Positions 31,822 to 42,707 of a stretch of 64,000 bases of DNA are shown here, in pieces. Location of the stretch: positions 338,573 through 402,572 of the forward strand of contig CALSOP010000002.1 of NCBI GenBank assembly GCA_943788005.1, given 5' to 3'. This stretch comes from an uncultured Gammaproteobacteria bacterium. GTDB taxonomy: Bacteria > Pseudomonadota > Gammaproteobacteria > Eutrophobiales > Eutrophobiaceae. A model generated the notes under the pieces. The model did no database searches. It was not told where the DNA came from and saw only the letters and a program-made list of their open reading frames with translations. Within the stretch, counting starts at the first letter, position 1; the number at the start of each line of letters is the position of its first letter. The position numbers and the translations under genes were made by a program.

Positions 31822-32814
31822 CTACATCTCGGCTTTTGGTTCTCTCGCTAATAAATTCTGTACTGCTTCACGCGGGGAACATTTTGATTGCAGTACATTA
31901 TTGACCTGCTCAGTAATGGGCATTTCAATCTCATATTTCTTTGCCAGTTCACCCACTTCGACAGCCGTTTTCAAGCCTTCTATAGCCTGACCAATTTTAT
32001 CGCTGGCTTCCTGAATTGATAAACCTTCGGCTAATAATAATCCCAGACTACGGTTTCGTGACTGATTGTCTGTGCACGTCAGCACCAAATCACCCAAACC
32101 GGCCAACCCCATAAACGTTTCCTGCTTGGCGCCCATGGCTAGACCCAAACGCATGATCTCAGCTAAACCACGCGTCACCAATGCCGAGCGTGTGTTAGCA
32201 CCAAACCCCAAACCATCGGCAATACCTGCTGCAATTGCCATTACATTTTTTACCGCGCCGCCGACCTGTGCTCCGATAACATCATTATGGGTATAGATAC
32301 GAAAGACATCGCTGTGGAATAGATCTGCAAACAGTTGTGCAACGGCAAGATCTTTAGCCGCAATGGTAACGGCGGTCGGCAAACCGGCACCGACCTCTTT
32401 TGCGAAGGACGGACCTGAGAGTATCGCAACAGAACTTTCGGGTAATTCTTCTTCAACAACTTGATGATTGAATTTCTGCGTGCCCGGCTCAAATCCTTTA
32501 CAGGCGATACACACATGAACATTAGAAAATGACTTCAACAATTGCAAACTACTACGTAAGCCATGACATGGAACCGTATTAACAAACATCTTAGTTCCAG
32601 CAGGAACTTGATCAATAGATTCAACAGGGATTAGGTTTTCCGGGAATGGGATACCCGGAATATAACGCGTATTCGTTTTTTCAGTTTTTAAATCCTTTAT
32701 TAAATCTGAATTGATGTCCCATAGATAGACCGTATTTTGCTTTCGCGCTAATGCCAACGCCAATGCAGTTCCCCAGGAACCAGCTCCGAGAACTAACACT
32801 GACTGCGTTGTCAT
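31822..32814 (-). CDS. gpsA: NAD(P)H-dependent glycerol-3-phosphate dehydrogenase
   Basis: 330 aa, VLGAGSWGTALA Rossmann motif, conserved GpsA core. Confidence 0.95.
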   Translation of the reverse strand: MTTQSVLVLGAGSWGTALALALARKQNTVYLWDINSDLIKDLKTEKTNTRYIPGIPFPENLIPVESIDQVPAGTKMFVNTVPCHGLRSSLQLLKSFSNVHVCIACKGFEPGTQKFNHQVVEEELPESSVAILSGPSFAKEVGAGLPTAVTIAAKDLAVAQLFADLFHSDVFRIYTHNDVIGAQVGGAVKNVMAIAAGIADGLGFGANTRSALVTRGLAEIMRLGLAMGAKQETFMGLAGLGDLVLTCTDNQSRNRSLGLLLAEGLSIQEASDKIGQAIEGLKTAVEVGELAKKYEIEMPITEQVNNVLQSKCSPREAVQNLLAREPKAEM

Positions 32815-32820
32815 TATGAT

Positions 32821-33330
32821 TTAATGCGTTATGTCTGCATTAGCTTGTGCGGCTGCATCTAGCTGCGCCTTGGCTTCGGCTTGTTCTTGTTCAAACAAGG
32901 CATCAAAGTTTACCGGAGCAAGCAACAGCTGCGGGAAACCACCACGTGTAACCACATCCGAAACCGTTTCACGCACAAACGGAAACAGAATATTTGCACA
33001 AACAATCGCCAACATACGATCAATAACATCTTCAGGTAGGTTTCTAATCATAAATATACCTGCCTGATTTACCTCAATCAGATATGCAACCTTATCTCCC
33101 ACCTTAACCGTTAAGGTAACCGTTAACACCACGTCAAAATGATCATCGCCAATCGGCGTTGCCTTGTTGGTCATATTCATTTCGACTTCAGGTCGCCACT
33201 CCATCTTGAATATTTCTGGTGTGTTTGGTGTTTCAAATGAAATATCTTTTACATAGACCTTTTGCACTAAAAATTGCGCATCATCTGGTCCGTTGCCTGG
33301 TTGTGCTGTATTGCTGTCTTGTTCCGCCAT
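32821..33330 (-). CDS. secB: protein-export chaperone SecB
   Basis: 169 aa with an acidic C-terminus, conserved SecB sequence, upstream of gpsA. Confidence 0.9.
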   Translation of the reverse strand: MAEQDSNTAQPGNGPDDAQFLVQKVYVKDISFETPNTPEIFKMEWRPEVEMNMTNKATPIGDDHFDVVLTVTLTVKVGDKVAYLIEVNQAGIFMIRNLPEDVIDRMLAIVCANILFPFVRETVSDVVTRGGFPQLLLAPVNFDALFEQEQAEAKAQLDAAAQANADITH

Positions 33331-33388
33331 GATTTTTACCTATGATTTTTAATATTTATTGTATTGTTCAAAACTTAATTTATTGAAT

Positions 33389-33820
33389 CTATTTCATGCC
33401 TTTAGTCAGAGGTAAGTTGGCACTCTGCCATGAGAGGATGCCGCCTTTAAGACTAAACACTTTTTCATATCCTTCGTTCATCAACTTACGCGCCTCTTTT
33501 GTAGAAACAGCGCCGGATGCACAACAAAAGATAATTCCGCTTTCTTTATGTTTCTTCAGTTTATCAAGCTGCCCTGATAATTGATCAGCGCTGATGTTAA
33601 TAGCATCAATAATGTGCCCTTTCTCAAATTCCTCTTGTGTCCGGAGATCGACCACTTTGGCATCTTCACGATTTATAAGCCGGGTCACTTCGTCAGGCAG
33701 TAGCGATTTTACGCCGCTAAGCATATCACCAAACAAATTCCAGATTAATAACATTAATATGGAAACCAATAGTGAAAATAAAAACAGGTGGTTGCCCACA
33801 AATTCGGGAAGTCGTTCCAT
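33389..33820 (-). CDS. rhodanese-domain membrane-anchored protein (YibN-like)
   Basis: N-terminal TM plus a rhodanese fold with the active-site Cys loop FCCASGAVS. Confidence 0.8.
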   Translation of the reverse strand: MERLPEFVGNHLFLFSLLVSILMLLIWNLFGDMLSGVKSLLPDEVTRLINREDAKVVDLRTQEEFEKGHIIDAINISADQLSGQLDKLKKHKESGIIFCCASGAVSTKEARKLMNEGYEKVFSLKGGILSWQSANLPLTKGMK

Positions 33821-34088
33821 TCAGTGATCTCTTGCTCTGGCAGTATTAAATGAGGGCTGAATAATACGTTATATCGCTCGCTGAAAAAACATATATAGGT
33901 AATTCAATCTGTATTATTGATTAATGTGAAGTCTTGCCGGGTTTCATGCTAAAATTCGCGCACTGAAAATAGAGAGTTTTAGGGTTATTACCCAATTACA
34001 CATACCTGCCACATTTATTATTGAAATTGCAGAATTTGCCGTCACCTCAAAATCCGTTCACTTTTAGTCATCGTCATTAAAACCTCCA

Positions 34089-35678
34089 ATGCAAGTAAGC
34101 CATAAACCAACAATTCTGATAATTCTCGATGGCTGGGGTCATACCGATAATACCGTCTACAATGCGATCTATTCCGCTAATAAGCCCACTTGGGAACATA
34201 TCTGGGAGACTTACCCGCATACGCTGATAAGCGCATCAGGCATAGATGTTGGACTACCTGCTGCACAGATGGGTAATTCAGAAGTAGGCCACATGAATAT
34301 TGGTTCAGGCCGAATAGTAGACCAGGAATTCACTCGCATTACCCGAGCACTTGAAGATGGTAGTTTTTATAAGAATGAAAACCTTAATGCCGCATTCAAT
34401 AATGCGGCAGAGAATAACAAAGCGGTTCACTTACTCGGGTTACTCTCCAGTGGCGGCGTGCATAGTCATGAAGATCATGTCTACGCGCTAATGGAATTGG
34501 CAGCCAATTGCGGAGTAAAAACAATTTACCTCCATGCTTTTCTGGATGGCCGAGATACACCACCAAAATGTGCAGAAGAATCGATCCATAATGCCCAGCT
34601 AAAAATGAAAGAATTAGGTATTGGTCGATTCGCATCAATAATTGGCCGTCACTATGCAATGGATCGTAACAGTCGCTGGGATCGTACCAAACTGGCCTAT
34701 GACCTCATCAGCCAGGGCAAAGCAGAATATCGCTCGGTCGACCCGTTTATTGCTGTTGATATGGCCTATGCTCGAGGTGAATCGGATGAATTCATCAAGC
34801 CAACGGCCATCACAAAACCGGGTGAACCACCGATAACTGTCGATGATGGTGATGTTCTCGTGTTTGCTAATTACCGCGCAGACCGTGCCCGTCAATTAGC
34901 GCGCGCATTCACAAAAGCGGAATTCAAGGCATTTGAGCGAGAGCGGGTTCCGAAACTCTCTGCCTTTATCAGCCTGACCTCGTATAAGGCCAGTTATGAA
35001 TTTCCTGTCGCATTTCCGCCAGTGAGCATGTCCAATGTCTTCGGTGAATACATAGCAAACCTTGGCTTGAAGCAACTTCGAATCGCGGAGACAGAGAAAT
35101 ACGCCCATGTCACTTTCTTCTTCAATGGCGGCGAAGAACGTGTTTTCGAAGGTGAAGATCGCATATTGGTACCTTCACCACACGTCGAGACTTATGACAA
35201 ACAACCAGAGATGAGTGCTGACGAGATCACTGAACGCCTCATTGAGTCAATAAATAGTCAGCAATACGATGCCATCATCTGTAACTATGCAAATGCCGAC
35301 ATGGTCGGTCATACCGGTGATTTCAAAGCAACCATATCGGCCATAGAAACCATTGATAAATGTCTCGCCAAGGTGATCGAATGTACACAAAAAGTTGGCG
35401 GTGAAATCATGATCACTGCCGATCATGGAAATGCAGAGCAATTAAAAGCCTATACTACTGAGAAGGTTAAATCCCAGGCACATACGGCACATACCAATAA
35501 CTTTGTGCCACTCATTTATATTGGCCGGCAGGCAGAATTTCTTCCTGACACCGGGTCATTGTCTGATATTTCCCCAACAATGCTCAATATCATGGGCATC
35601 CCACAACCCAAAGAAATGACAGGCAAGTCACTGTTACGACTACAAGAAGAGGACACTACCGCAGTCATCGGCAAGTGA
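34089..35678 (+). CDS. gpmI: 2,3-bisphosphoglycerate-independent phosphoglycerate mutase
   Basis: 529 aa, ILDGWGH...NSEVGHMNIGSGR...ADHGNAE motifs. Confidence 0.95.
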   Translation: MQVSHKPTILIILDGWGHTDNTVYNAIYSANKPTWEHIWETYPHTLISASGIDVGLPAAQMGNSEVGHMNIGSGRIVDQEFTRITRALEDGSFYKNENLNAAFNNAAENNKAVHLLGLLSSGGVHSHEDHVYALMELAANCGVKTIYLHAFLDGRDTPPKCAEESIHNAQLKMKELGIGRFASIIGRHYAMDRNSRWDRTKLAYDLISQGKAEYRSVDPFIAVDMAYARGESDEFIKPTAITKPGEPPITVDDGDVLVFANYRADRARQLARAFTKAEFKAFERERVPKLSAFISLTSYKASYEFPVAFPPVSMSNVFGEYIANLGLKQLRIAETEKYAHVTFFFNGGEERVFEGEDRILVPSPHVETYDKQPEMSADEITERLIESINSQQYDAIICNYANADMVGHTGDFKATISAIETIDKCLAKVIECTQKVGGEIMITADHGNAEQLKAYTTEKVKSQAHTAHTNNFVPLIYIGRQAEFLPDTGSLSDISPTMLNIMGIPQPKEMTGKSLLRLQEEDTTAVIGK

Positions 35679-35685
35679 ATCACAC

Positions 35686-36855
35686 ATGACTCATTTCGCT
35701 AACAAAATAAGACCTTTCATCTATTCAATATTTCTCGTTACCTGTTTCACCTCTAATCTAGCCCTAGCTGCTGATGAAGCCAATTCTGCAACAGCCACAG
35801 AATTAGAAAACATTCGAACGCGTATTAAAGATGTAGAGACCCGCATTAAATCTGCTCAAGATGAAACGGATAAATTACAACAAGAATTGCGCGAGAATGA
35901 AGTAACGACCGCAGAGACATTAACACGACTGCATAATATTGAAGCAAATGTCTCAAAAAAGAATGCTGAGCTCGAAGACCTATTGTTTGAGCAAGCAGAG
36001 CATGAAGCGGCGCTCAATAAAGAAAAAGAGAAGCTAACCCATCAAATTCGATCTGCGTATCAGATTGGTCGTAATGACTATATAAAGTTGATTCTTAATC
36101 AGGAAGACCCTGCTTTAGTCGGACGCGCACTAGCTTACTACGACTACCACAACCGGGCACGTTCTGAGCGCATCATTCAGGTTAAACAAATTCTGGTCAA
36201 TCTCGAGAAGATTCAGGCGACTATTAAAGATGAATCGGCACAGCTTGAAGAATTGAGATCCAAACATGAATCTAAATTAAGTGATTTCTACCAGTTTCGT
36301 GCAACTCGACGTGATATCAGCACACGCCTACAAAAATATATAGAAGAGCAAGGCGTTGAACTCCAGACACTACAAGAAAACGAGCGTGAACTCGGAGTAC
36401 TATTTCAGGGATTAAAAAAGGAAAAAGCGGTAACGATAGAAATGTTTGAGGACATGCCGCCTTTCAATACGCTTAAAGGTAAACTGACCTGGCCGGTAAA
36501 AGGGAAATTACTAAAAAGGTATGGCGCCAATAAGAAAGGTGGCGACCTTAAATGGCAAGGCGTTCTTATTGATGCAGAAACAGGCACCAACGTTATGTCT
36601 ATTAGTACCGGTAAAATAGTCTTTGCAGACTGGTTCCGTAATCTCGGTTTATTAATCATTATCGACCATGGTGATGGCTTTATGAGTTTGTATGGGCACA
36701 ATCAAAACCTATTGAAAAACACCGGCGATTGGGTGCTAGCCGGTGAAACGATTGCAACCGTCGGAGACAGTGGCGGTCAAAGCGATACCGCTCTTTATTT
36801 TGAAATCAGAAAAGGGGCAGAGCCGCTAAATCCGTCACATTGGTGCAAACGATAA
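35686..36855 (+). CDS. envC: murein hydrolase activator EnvC-like (coiled-coil plus M23 peptidase domain)
   Basis: Signal peptide, long coiled coil, C-terminal M23/LytM domain (IIDHGDGFMSLYGHN). Confidence 0.85.
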   Translation: MTHFANKIRPFIYSIFLVTCFTSNLALAADEANSATATELENIRTRIKDVETRIKSAQDETDKLQQELRENEVTTAETLTRLHNIEANVSKKNAELEDLLFEQAEHEAALNKEKEKLTHQIRSAYQIGRNDYIKLILNQEDPALVGRALAYYDYHNRARSERIIQVKQILVNLEKIQATIKDESAQLEELRSKHESKLSDFYQFRATRRDISTRLQKYIEEQGVELQTLQENERELGVLFQGLKKEKAVTIEMFEDMPPFNTLKGKLTWPVKGKLLKRYGANKKGGDLKWQGVLIDAETGTNVMSISTGKIVFADWFRNLGLLIIIDHGDGFMSLYGHNQNLLKNTGDWVLAGETIATVGDSGGQSDTALYFEIRKGAEPLNPSHWCKR

Positions 36856-37194
36856 AACCTCTGATTAATAGCACTATCAAGCATATTGCTGCGTGTTCAC
36901 CCCTCAAGGGAGTACCGAGGTCCTCGCTCATCCCGCGCCTATCTATTATGATATGTCTTGGGGGATTCGCTGCGGAACGCCTTGCAATGTTCGGTCTTCG
37001 TTCCCGACGCGACTCTACCGCTCACATCCTTATGAGCGTCTTGTTATCTCTATTAATCAGAGGTTTTACGACAATTAATGAGTTGTCATATACAGCAGAG
37101 CGCGGTTATGCTTAACCATACGCTGTGTAATGAACTTGTTAAGTATTAATCAATCAAGATAGTTTATGCATGTCAGCCTGAACGGAGTTAAAGA

Positions 37195-38514
37195 ATGTCA
37201 TTATTGAAAAATTTCACTACCACCCTATCGTTGTCACTGTTATTAACACCAATTGCGATAGCGAACACAGAACAAGACAACGAGGCTGACACCCTGCCAT
37301 TAGATGAGCTTCGCATTTTTTCTGAAGTTTTTGCTAAAGTTAAAAATGACTATGTAGAAAGTATTGATGATCGAGAATTAATCGAGAATGCAATACGCGG
37401 CATGTTGGAAGGGCTGGATCCGCATTCAGCTTACCTGGATAAGGAACATTACGAAGATCTACAAGAAGGGACATCCGGCGAATTCGGCGGACTCGGCATT
37501 GAAGTCGGCATGGAAGATGGTTTTGTCAAAGTCATTTCACCGATAGACGATACCCCGGCTCAACGCGCAGGAATTAAAGCGGGTGATTTAATCATCAAAT
37601 TGGATGAAAAGTCTGTTAAAGGCATGGCTTTAAATGATGCTGTTAAATTAATGCGTGGTAAACCTGGCAGCGATATCATCATAACTGTCGTAAGGGAGGG
37701 TGAAGACAAACCAAAAGAGATTACAATAACGCGCGATGTTATCACTGTTAAGAGTGTCCGCAGCAAGATGCTGGAGCCCGGGTTTGGCTATATTCGCATA
37801 TCGAACTTTCAAACGCATACTGCAGAAGATATGCGCAAGTCACTCGAAAAACTAAAAAAAGAAAATGACAGCGGCTTGAGTGGTTTAATACTCGATCTGA
37901 GAAACAATCCTGGTGGCATTCTAAACGCAGCCGTAGGCGTCTCTGATCTGTTTCTTGATAACGGATTGATTGTCTATACCGAAGGTCGAATTAAAGACTC
38001 AAAACTCACCTTTACAGCAAAACCTACGGACATGTTAAAAGATGCCCCGATCATAGTTCTGGTCAATGGTGGTTCAGCCTCAGCATCTGAAATTGTTGCT
38101 GGCGCGTTGCAAGATCATGATCGCGCAATCATCATGGGCGAACGTACCTTTGGTAAAGGTTCAGTACAAACTATTCTACCAATGAATGATGAGGCCGCAT
38201 TAAAACTAACCACGGCACGTTATTTCACACCATCGGGGCGCTCTATTCAGGCTTCAGGAATTGAGCCTGATATCATCATAGAAAATATTCGTGTCGACAG
38301 GACAGAGGGCCATTCTTCAGCTCAAATCAAGGAATCCGATTTAACGGGCCATCTTGATAATGGTTCTAAAGAAAGTGAAGAAAAAGGTGAGAAAAACAAG
38401 ACAAAGAAAAAAGAGAAAAATAACGAGCCTTCTCTCGCTGAGACAGACTATCAACTTTATGAAGCATTAAACGTACTTAAAGGCTTGGCGATTCATTTGA
38501 AAAAAACAGGATGA
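37195..38514 (+). CDS. ctpA: carboxy-terminal processing protease (S41) with PDZ domain
   Basis: 439 aa, PDZ (GIKAGDLIIKLD), S41 catalytic region (GGSASASEIVAGALQDHDRAIIMGERTFGKGSVQ), K-rich C-terminal tail. Confidence 0.9.
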   Translation: MSLLKNFTTTLSLSLLLTPIAIANTEQDNEADTLPLDELRIFSEVFAKVKNDYVESIDDRELIENAIRGMLEGLDPHSAYLDKEHYEDLQEGTSGEFGGLGIEVGMEDGFVKVISPIDDTPAQRAGIKAGDLIIKLDEKSVKGMALNDAVKLMRGKPGSDIIITVVREGEDKPKEITITRDVITVKSVRSKMLEPGFGYIRISNFQTHTAEDMRKSLEKLKKENDSGLSGLILDLRNNPGGILNAAVGVSDLFLDNGLIVYTEGRIKDSKLTFTAKPTDMLKDAPIIVLVNGGSASASEIVAGALQDHDRAIIMGERTFGKGSVQTILPMNDEAALKLTTARYFTPSGRSIQASGIEPDIIIENIRVDRTEGHSSAQIKESDLTGHLDNGSKESEEKGEKNKTKKKEKNNEPSLAETDYQLYEALNVLKGLAIHLKKTG

Positions 38515-38518
38515 TGTT

Positions 38519-39325
38519 ATGCGCAGGGACATGCTCCTCTTAAATAAAAAACTGGCTTTACTCTTACTTATAAGTATTAGTTTTATTACGCAATCTGTCT
38601 CTGCAGAACGACCCACAATTTCTATCATCATCGATGACATAGGATATCGACATCAAGATGACTTGATGTCATTGACACTTCCCGGACCCGTTGCATATGC
38701 AATTCTACCGCATGCACCACACACAGAAAAAATGGCTCAGCTTGCTTCACTAAGAAATAAAGAAATCCTGCTTCATCAACCCATGCAAGCAATGGAAAAA
38801 AATGAGTACCTCGGCCCTGGCGCGTTAACGTTGAACATGTCACAAGAGGAATTTCTACAGACCTTAAATATCAATATAAGCGCGGTACAAAACCTGATAG
38901 GTATTAACAATCACATGGGCAGCTTGTTAACAAGACACCCCGGTCATATGCAATGGTTAATGGAGACAATGAAAGCAAACGGTCAGTTTTATGTTGATAG
39001 CTTAACAAGTGATGACAGCGTTGCCTCTAGATTAGCAAAAGAAAATAATATCCCTTACTTAACACGCGATGTGTTTCTGGATAACAATCTCGACGAAAAA
39101 TATATCCGTGGTCAATTTATGGAGTTGGTTAAAGTAGCCAAACGTAAAGGCTCTGCCTTAGGCATAGGTCACCCACACCCGGCTACGACTGCTGTTCTAT
39201 CAAAAGTTCTAAAAGATGTTCAAAAGTACGGCGTCAAGATTATTAGCTTAAAGTCTCTTATTAAGAAGAGAGCAAAGGGAAAATATTATGTACAAGGTCC
39301 TGATGCCACTAGCTCAGGACTCTGA
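38519..39325 (+). CDS. divergent polysaccharide deacetylase family protein (YibQ-like)
   Basis: 268-aa secreted protein at the conserved position after envC/ctpA. Confidence 0.75.
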   Translation: MRRDMLLLNKKLALLLLISISFITQSVSAERPTISIIIDDIGYRHQDDLMSLTLPGPVAYAILPHAPHTEKMAQLASLRNKEILLHQPMQAMEKNEYLGPGALTLNMSQEEFLQTLNINISAVQNLIGINNHMGSLLTRHPGHMQWLMETMKANGQFYVDSLTSDDSVASRLAKENNIPYLTRDVFLDNNLDEKYIRGQFMELVKVAKRKGSALGIGHPHPATTAVLSKVLKDVQKYGVKIISLKSLIKKRAKGKYYVQGPDATSSGL

Positions 39326-39380
39326 AAAACCGAAGCATTCCCATTATAAATATGCGTCAGTAATATTCTAACTTTAGATT

Positions 39381-40292
39381 CTAATCTAAAAGATATTGAC
39401 TAAACCAATCTCTAGCCGCTGAACTCGATTCATCAAATGAATCGATATAGGCATCAAAATGTCCGCCGTCTAACACGACAATTTTTTTCGGTTCTCGTGC
39501 TGTTTCATAAGCAGCAAAAGCCAAATCAGAAACTGTAAGAACATCATCGCGTGCCACTAACATCAAAAGAGGTGTTGGGCTAATTGAAGGAATATAAATA
39601 CCCGGCTCATATTCAATGAACATCTCCACGGACCGAAGTGTGACTTCATTTTTCCAGGAAGGGGCACGTTTATCGTGAGTTTCTCTAAACCATTTCCATG
39701 AATCTGCAGTCGGTAGTGCCGCAGGCGCCTGAGGCTGTTCATCTGGCGAAGAGACAACAGGGATCATCGCGGGTTCATCTCCCGCATAACGTGCGGCGCG
39801 ATCAGCATCAAACATACCGCGCAGTCCATCCCACATATCTGCACGAATAAGCCGACGTGCATTTTCTATCCCTGAAATAATAGGTACTTGAGACACAACA
39901 CATTTAACTCGCTTATCAATTGCGGCGACAACCAGAACATGACCGCCACTATAGCTTGAGCCAAAAACCCCTATGCGACTTTCATCGGTTTCAGGTAGCG
40001 AAATCGCATAAGTGATTGCATCTCGATAGTCACGAACCTGTTGCCATGGATCAATCTCTTGCCTTGGCTCACCATTGCTTGCACCAAAATTACGGTTATC
40101 AAAAACTAGTACTGCCATTCCAGCAGCAGCAAAGACTTCACCGTACTTATCAAGATACATTTCTTTAACAGCAGAATAACCATGCGCCATTACAATGACC
40201 GGTACAGCATTCTTAGCATCATCGGGTAGATACAACCAACCACGTAAAGTGGTGTTATCTCCTGTTTTAAACTCAACATCTTTCCGTTGCAT
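39381..40292 (-). CDS. alpha/beta hydrolase (dienelactone hydrolase/esterase-like)
   Basis: 303 aa, nucleophile elbow GSSYSGG, catalytic Asp/His candidates (ARDD, GGHFD). Confidence 0.75.
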   Translation of the reverse strand: MQRKDVEFKTGDNTTLRGWLYLPDDAKNAVPVIVMAHGYSAVKEMYLDKYGEVFAAAGMAVLVFDNRNFGASNGEPRQEIDPWQQVRDYRDAITYAISLPETDESRIGVFGSSYSGGHVLVVAAIDKRVKCVVSQVPIISGIENARRLIRADMWDGLRGMFDADRAARYAGDEPAMIPVVSSPDEQPQAPAALPTADSWKWFRETHDKRAPSWKNEVTLRSVEMFIEYEPGIYIPSISPTPLLMLVARDDVLTVSDLAFAAYETAREPKKIVVLDGGHFDAYIDSFDESSSAARDWFSQYLLD

Positions 40293-40400
40293 AAACGCCT
40301 CTTATTGTTTAACTAGGTTCCCACCTCGGTCTCTGTTCCAGACTAAACTATAGCGCCCACATCCTTGTAGACGTGCGCGGTAATGACGAATATAAAAAGT

Positions 40401-42059
40401 CTACTTCTGTTGCCACGATAGAAATAACAACATCATTCCGGAAAAACATAGCAACCATGAAACAATTGGTACCGATGCAAATACACCATGCGTTGTATTA
40501 TCAAGTGCATAAATAATCGAGGAAGACAATAAGAAGCCTGAGCCGACAACGGCCATGACTGTGCTACGATTGTAAACCTTCATCTCCTGTCGCAAATGAT
40601 GTATCTCTTCCGATTTGTTTTCCATTTCTATCTTGCCATCATGGATTTGATCTAATACATCAAGTGCACGGTTTGGTAGATCTGGTAGACGGTCAATTAG
40701 TTTAGGTATATTAAGTTTTACACCTTTCAACAATCCTTTCGCGCCGATGCGTTCATCCATCCAACGCTCCAACTGTGGCCGCGCTGTTTTCCATAGATCG
40801 AGTTCCGGGTAGAGCTGTCTACCTATCCCTTCAATGTTAATGATTGTTTTTTGCAACATGATCAACTGCGGCATAATCTCAACATTAAATCGTCGTGCTA
40901 TTTGAATAAGTCGCTGTAATAACTCACCAAATGAGATTTCATGCATTGGTCTAACGAGTAACGGCTCACAAACTGTGCGTATGGCTGATTCCAGTTCGTC
41001 TAAACGAGTCCCTTTTGGCACCCAGCCTGATTCTATATGTAATGCTGCGACACGATGATAATTACGATTCAAAAATGCAATAAAGTTATCTGCCAGGTAG
41101 CGTTGATCAAACTCGGTTAATGAACACATGATGCCAAAGTCGATAACCTTGACCATTGCCGGCTTACCGGCTTCTGCAGGCCCCACAAAGATGTTACCCG
41201 GGTGCATATCTGCATGGAAAAAATTATCACGAAAGACTTGTGTGAAAAATATTTCAACGCCATATTCAGCGAGCCATTTCAGATCAACTCCCGCTGCTTC
41301 TAGTTCATCGGTATCACGAACTGAGACACCAGTTACACGTTCCATTGCCAATACATTGCGCCGTGTTAATTCCCAATTTATCTCTGGAACGTAGTAGCGG
41401 TCTTCTTTCTCAAAATTACGACGTAGCTGAGAAGCATTAGCCGCTTCTCGCTGCAAATCAAGTTCGTTCAGCAGTGTCTTTTCGAATTCAGTAACCACAC
41501 CAGTGAAACGCAAAGATTTCCCTTTGCGATAATATCTTTCTCCTTTTTCTGCCAGAAGGTGCAGTAAATTCAGATCTTTACGAATAAGGGTTTCTATGTC
41601 GGGACGAATAACCTTAATAATAAAGTCACGACCATCTTTAAGTTTCGCACGATGAACCTGTGCTACTGAGGCTGAGGCCAACGGTGTCTCATCAAATTCT
41701 AGAAATACTTCGTTGAGATCACATTCATAGGCATCTTCAATAATCTTGCGTGCGACTTTCCCGGAAAATGGTGCAACAGCATCTTGCAACTTGGCAAATT
41801 CGTTCGCGATATCTTCTGGTATCAGATCGCGACGTGTCGATAATATTTGTCCTAACTTGACATATATAGGACCTAATTCTTCCAACATCAAACGCATACG
41901 TTGCGCACGCGGTGCTTTTTTTCTACCAAACCAGTTCCACGGAAAAATATAAAATAAGAAACGTACTGGCCTAAATAAATGCGTGGCAAAGATAAACTCA
42001 TCCAAACCATATTTTATCAATACTCTTTGAATAGCTAATAGACGAAGAATCTGTTCCAT
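40401..42059 (-). CDS. ubiB: ubiquinone biosynthesis protein kinase UbiB
   Basis: 552 aa ABC1/ADCK atypical kinase (ASASVAQVHRAKL, HADMHPGN) with C-terminal TM segments. Confidence 0.9.
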   Translation of the reverse strand: MEQILRLLAIQRVLIKYGLDEFIFATHLFRPVRFLFYIFPWNWFGRKKAPRAQRMRLMLEELGPIYVKLGQILSTRRDLIPEDIANEFAKLQDAVAPFSGKVARKIIEDAYECDLNEVFLEFDETPLASASVAQVHRAKLKDGRDFIIKVIRPDIETLIRKDLNLLHLLAEKGERYYRKGKSLRFTGVVTEFEKTLLNELDLQREAANASQLRRNFEKEDRYYVPEINWELTRRNVLAMERVTGVSVRDTDELEAAGVDLKWLAEYGVEIFFTQVFRDNFFHADMHPGNIFVGPAEAGKPAMVKVIDFGIMCSLTEFDQRYLADNFIAFLNRNYHRVAALHIESGWVPKGTRLDELESAIRTVCEPLLVRPMHEISFGELLQRLIQIARRFNVEIMPQLIMLQKTIINIEGIGRQLYPELDLWKTARPQLERWMDERIGAKGLLKGVKLNIPKLIDRLPDLPNRALDVLDQIHDGKIEMENKSEEIHHLRQEMKVYNRSTVMAVVGSGFLLSSSIIYALDNTTHGVFASVPIVSWLLCFSGMMLLFLSWQQK

Positions 42060-42062
42060 AGA

Positions 42063-42707
42063 CTAACTACCCTGCTCTTTATTGTTTATTTTTACTTCGA
42101 GTTTATTAATCCGTTGAGAAAGCCGATCGGCATCTTCACGAAGGACGTCAACTTCTTTACAAAATTCTTCGACTAATAAATCATCAGGCAACATGCTAGT
42201 CTCAAAACGAAGATACTCACTCATATCCATCGCTAATGTTTTACCCGTATTAGCAGCAAACCGACGGGTACTACGAACAAATTTTCCAAGCTGATAGGCA
42301 GCAGTGTCACCTAGCCATTTTGAGAGAGGTTCTTCAAGATCGATTTCGATATTTTGCATGATCGCTTGAAATCGTTGGGCAAGGCCGATGTCACCCATTA
42401 CTTGCATATCAGTAGGCAAACTAGCATTACCTCGCTTCGATGAGGCTAACATCATTATAAAATTTGTCGGCGAGCCTTTAATTAACACATCGGCTTTATT
42501 GTCATAAGCCGTATTAATTACCAGACCAGTTATCGAAGGAAATAAAAACACAGTCAGGTTTGTATTGCTAAATTCGAACGCAACCACCTTGCCTTCCAGC
42601 TTTGCTAATGCATGCAGCGTATCCTCATCGAGACTTAAGGCTTTATTAACCAGATTTTCTATCTGACTTATCCAGACAGGTGCTGTGTTATCAACAACAG
42701 CACTCAT
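42063..42707 (-). CDS. ubiJ: ubiquinone biosynthesis accessory factor UbiJ (SCP2 domain)
   Basis: 214 aa between ubiE and ubiB, the conserved operon position. Confidence 0.8.
   Translation of the reverse strand: MSAVVDNTAPVWISQIENLVNKALSLDEDTLHALAKLEGKVVAFEFSNTNLTVFLFPSITGLVINTAYDNKADVLIKGSPTNFIMMLASSKRGNASLPTDMQVMGDIGLAQRFQAIMQNIEIDLEEPLSKWLGDTAAYQLGKFVRSTRRFAANTGKTLAMDMSEYLRFETSMLPDDLLVEEFCKEVDVLREDADRLSQRINKLEVKINNKEQGS

Noticed and set aside
36840-37115. 91-aa ORF (TTG start) and nested 61-aa ORF between envC and ctpA
   Set aside because: Non-ATG start overlapping the envC terminus, no RBS, and an unprotein-like composition. The region is more plausibly non-coding; see the GC-rich spacer finding.
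39370-39400. Palindromic tttagattctaatctaaa between convergent yibQ-like and hydrolase genes
   Set aside because: Likely a simple bidirectional terminator-type hairpin. It resembles the TAGATT core of the 28-bp repeat only superficially.
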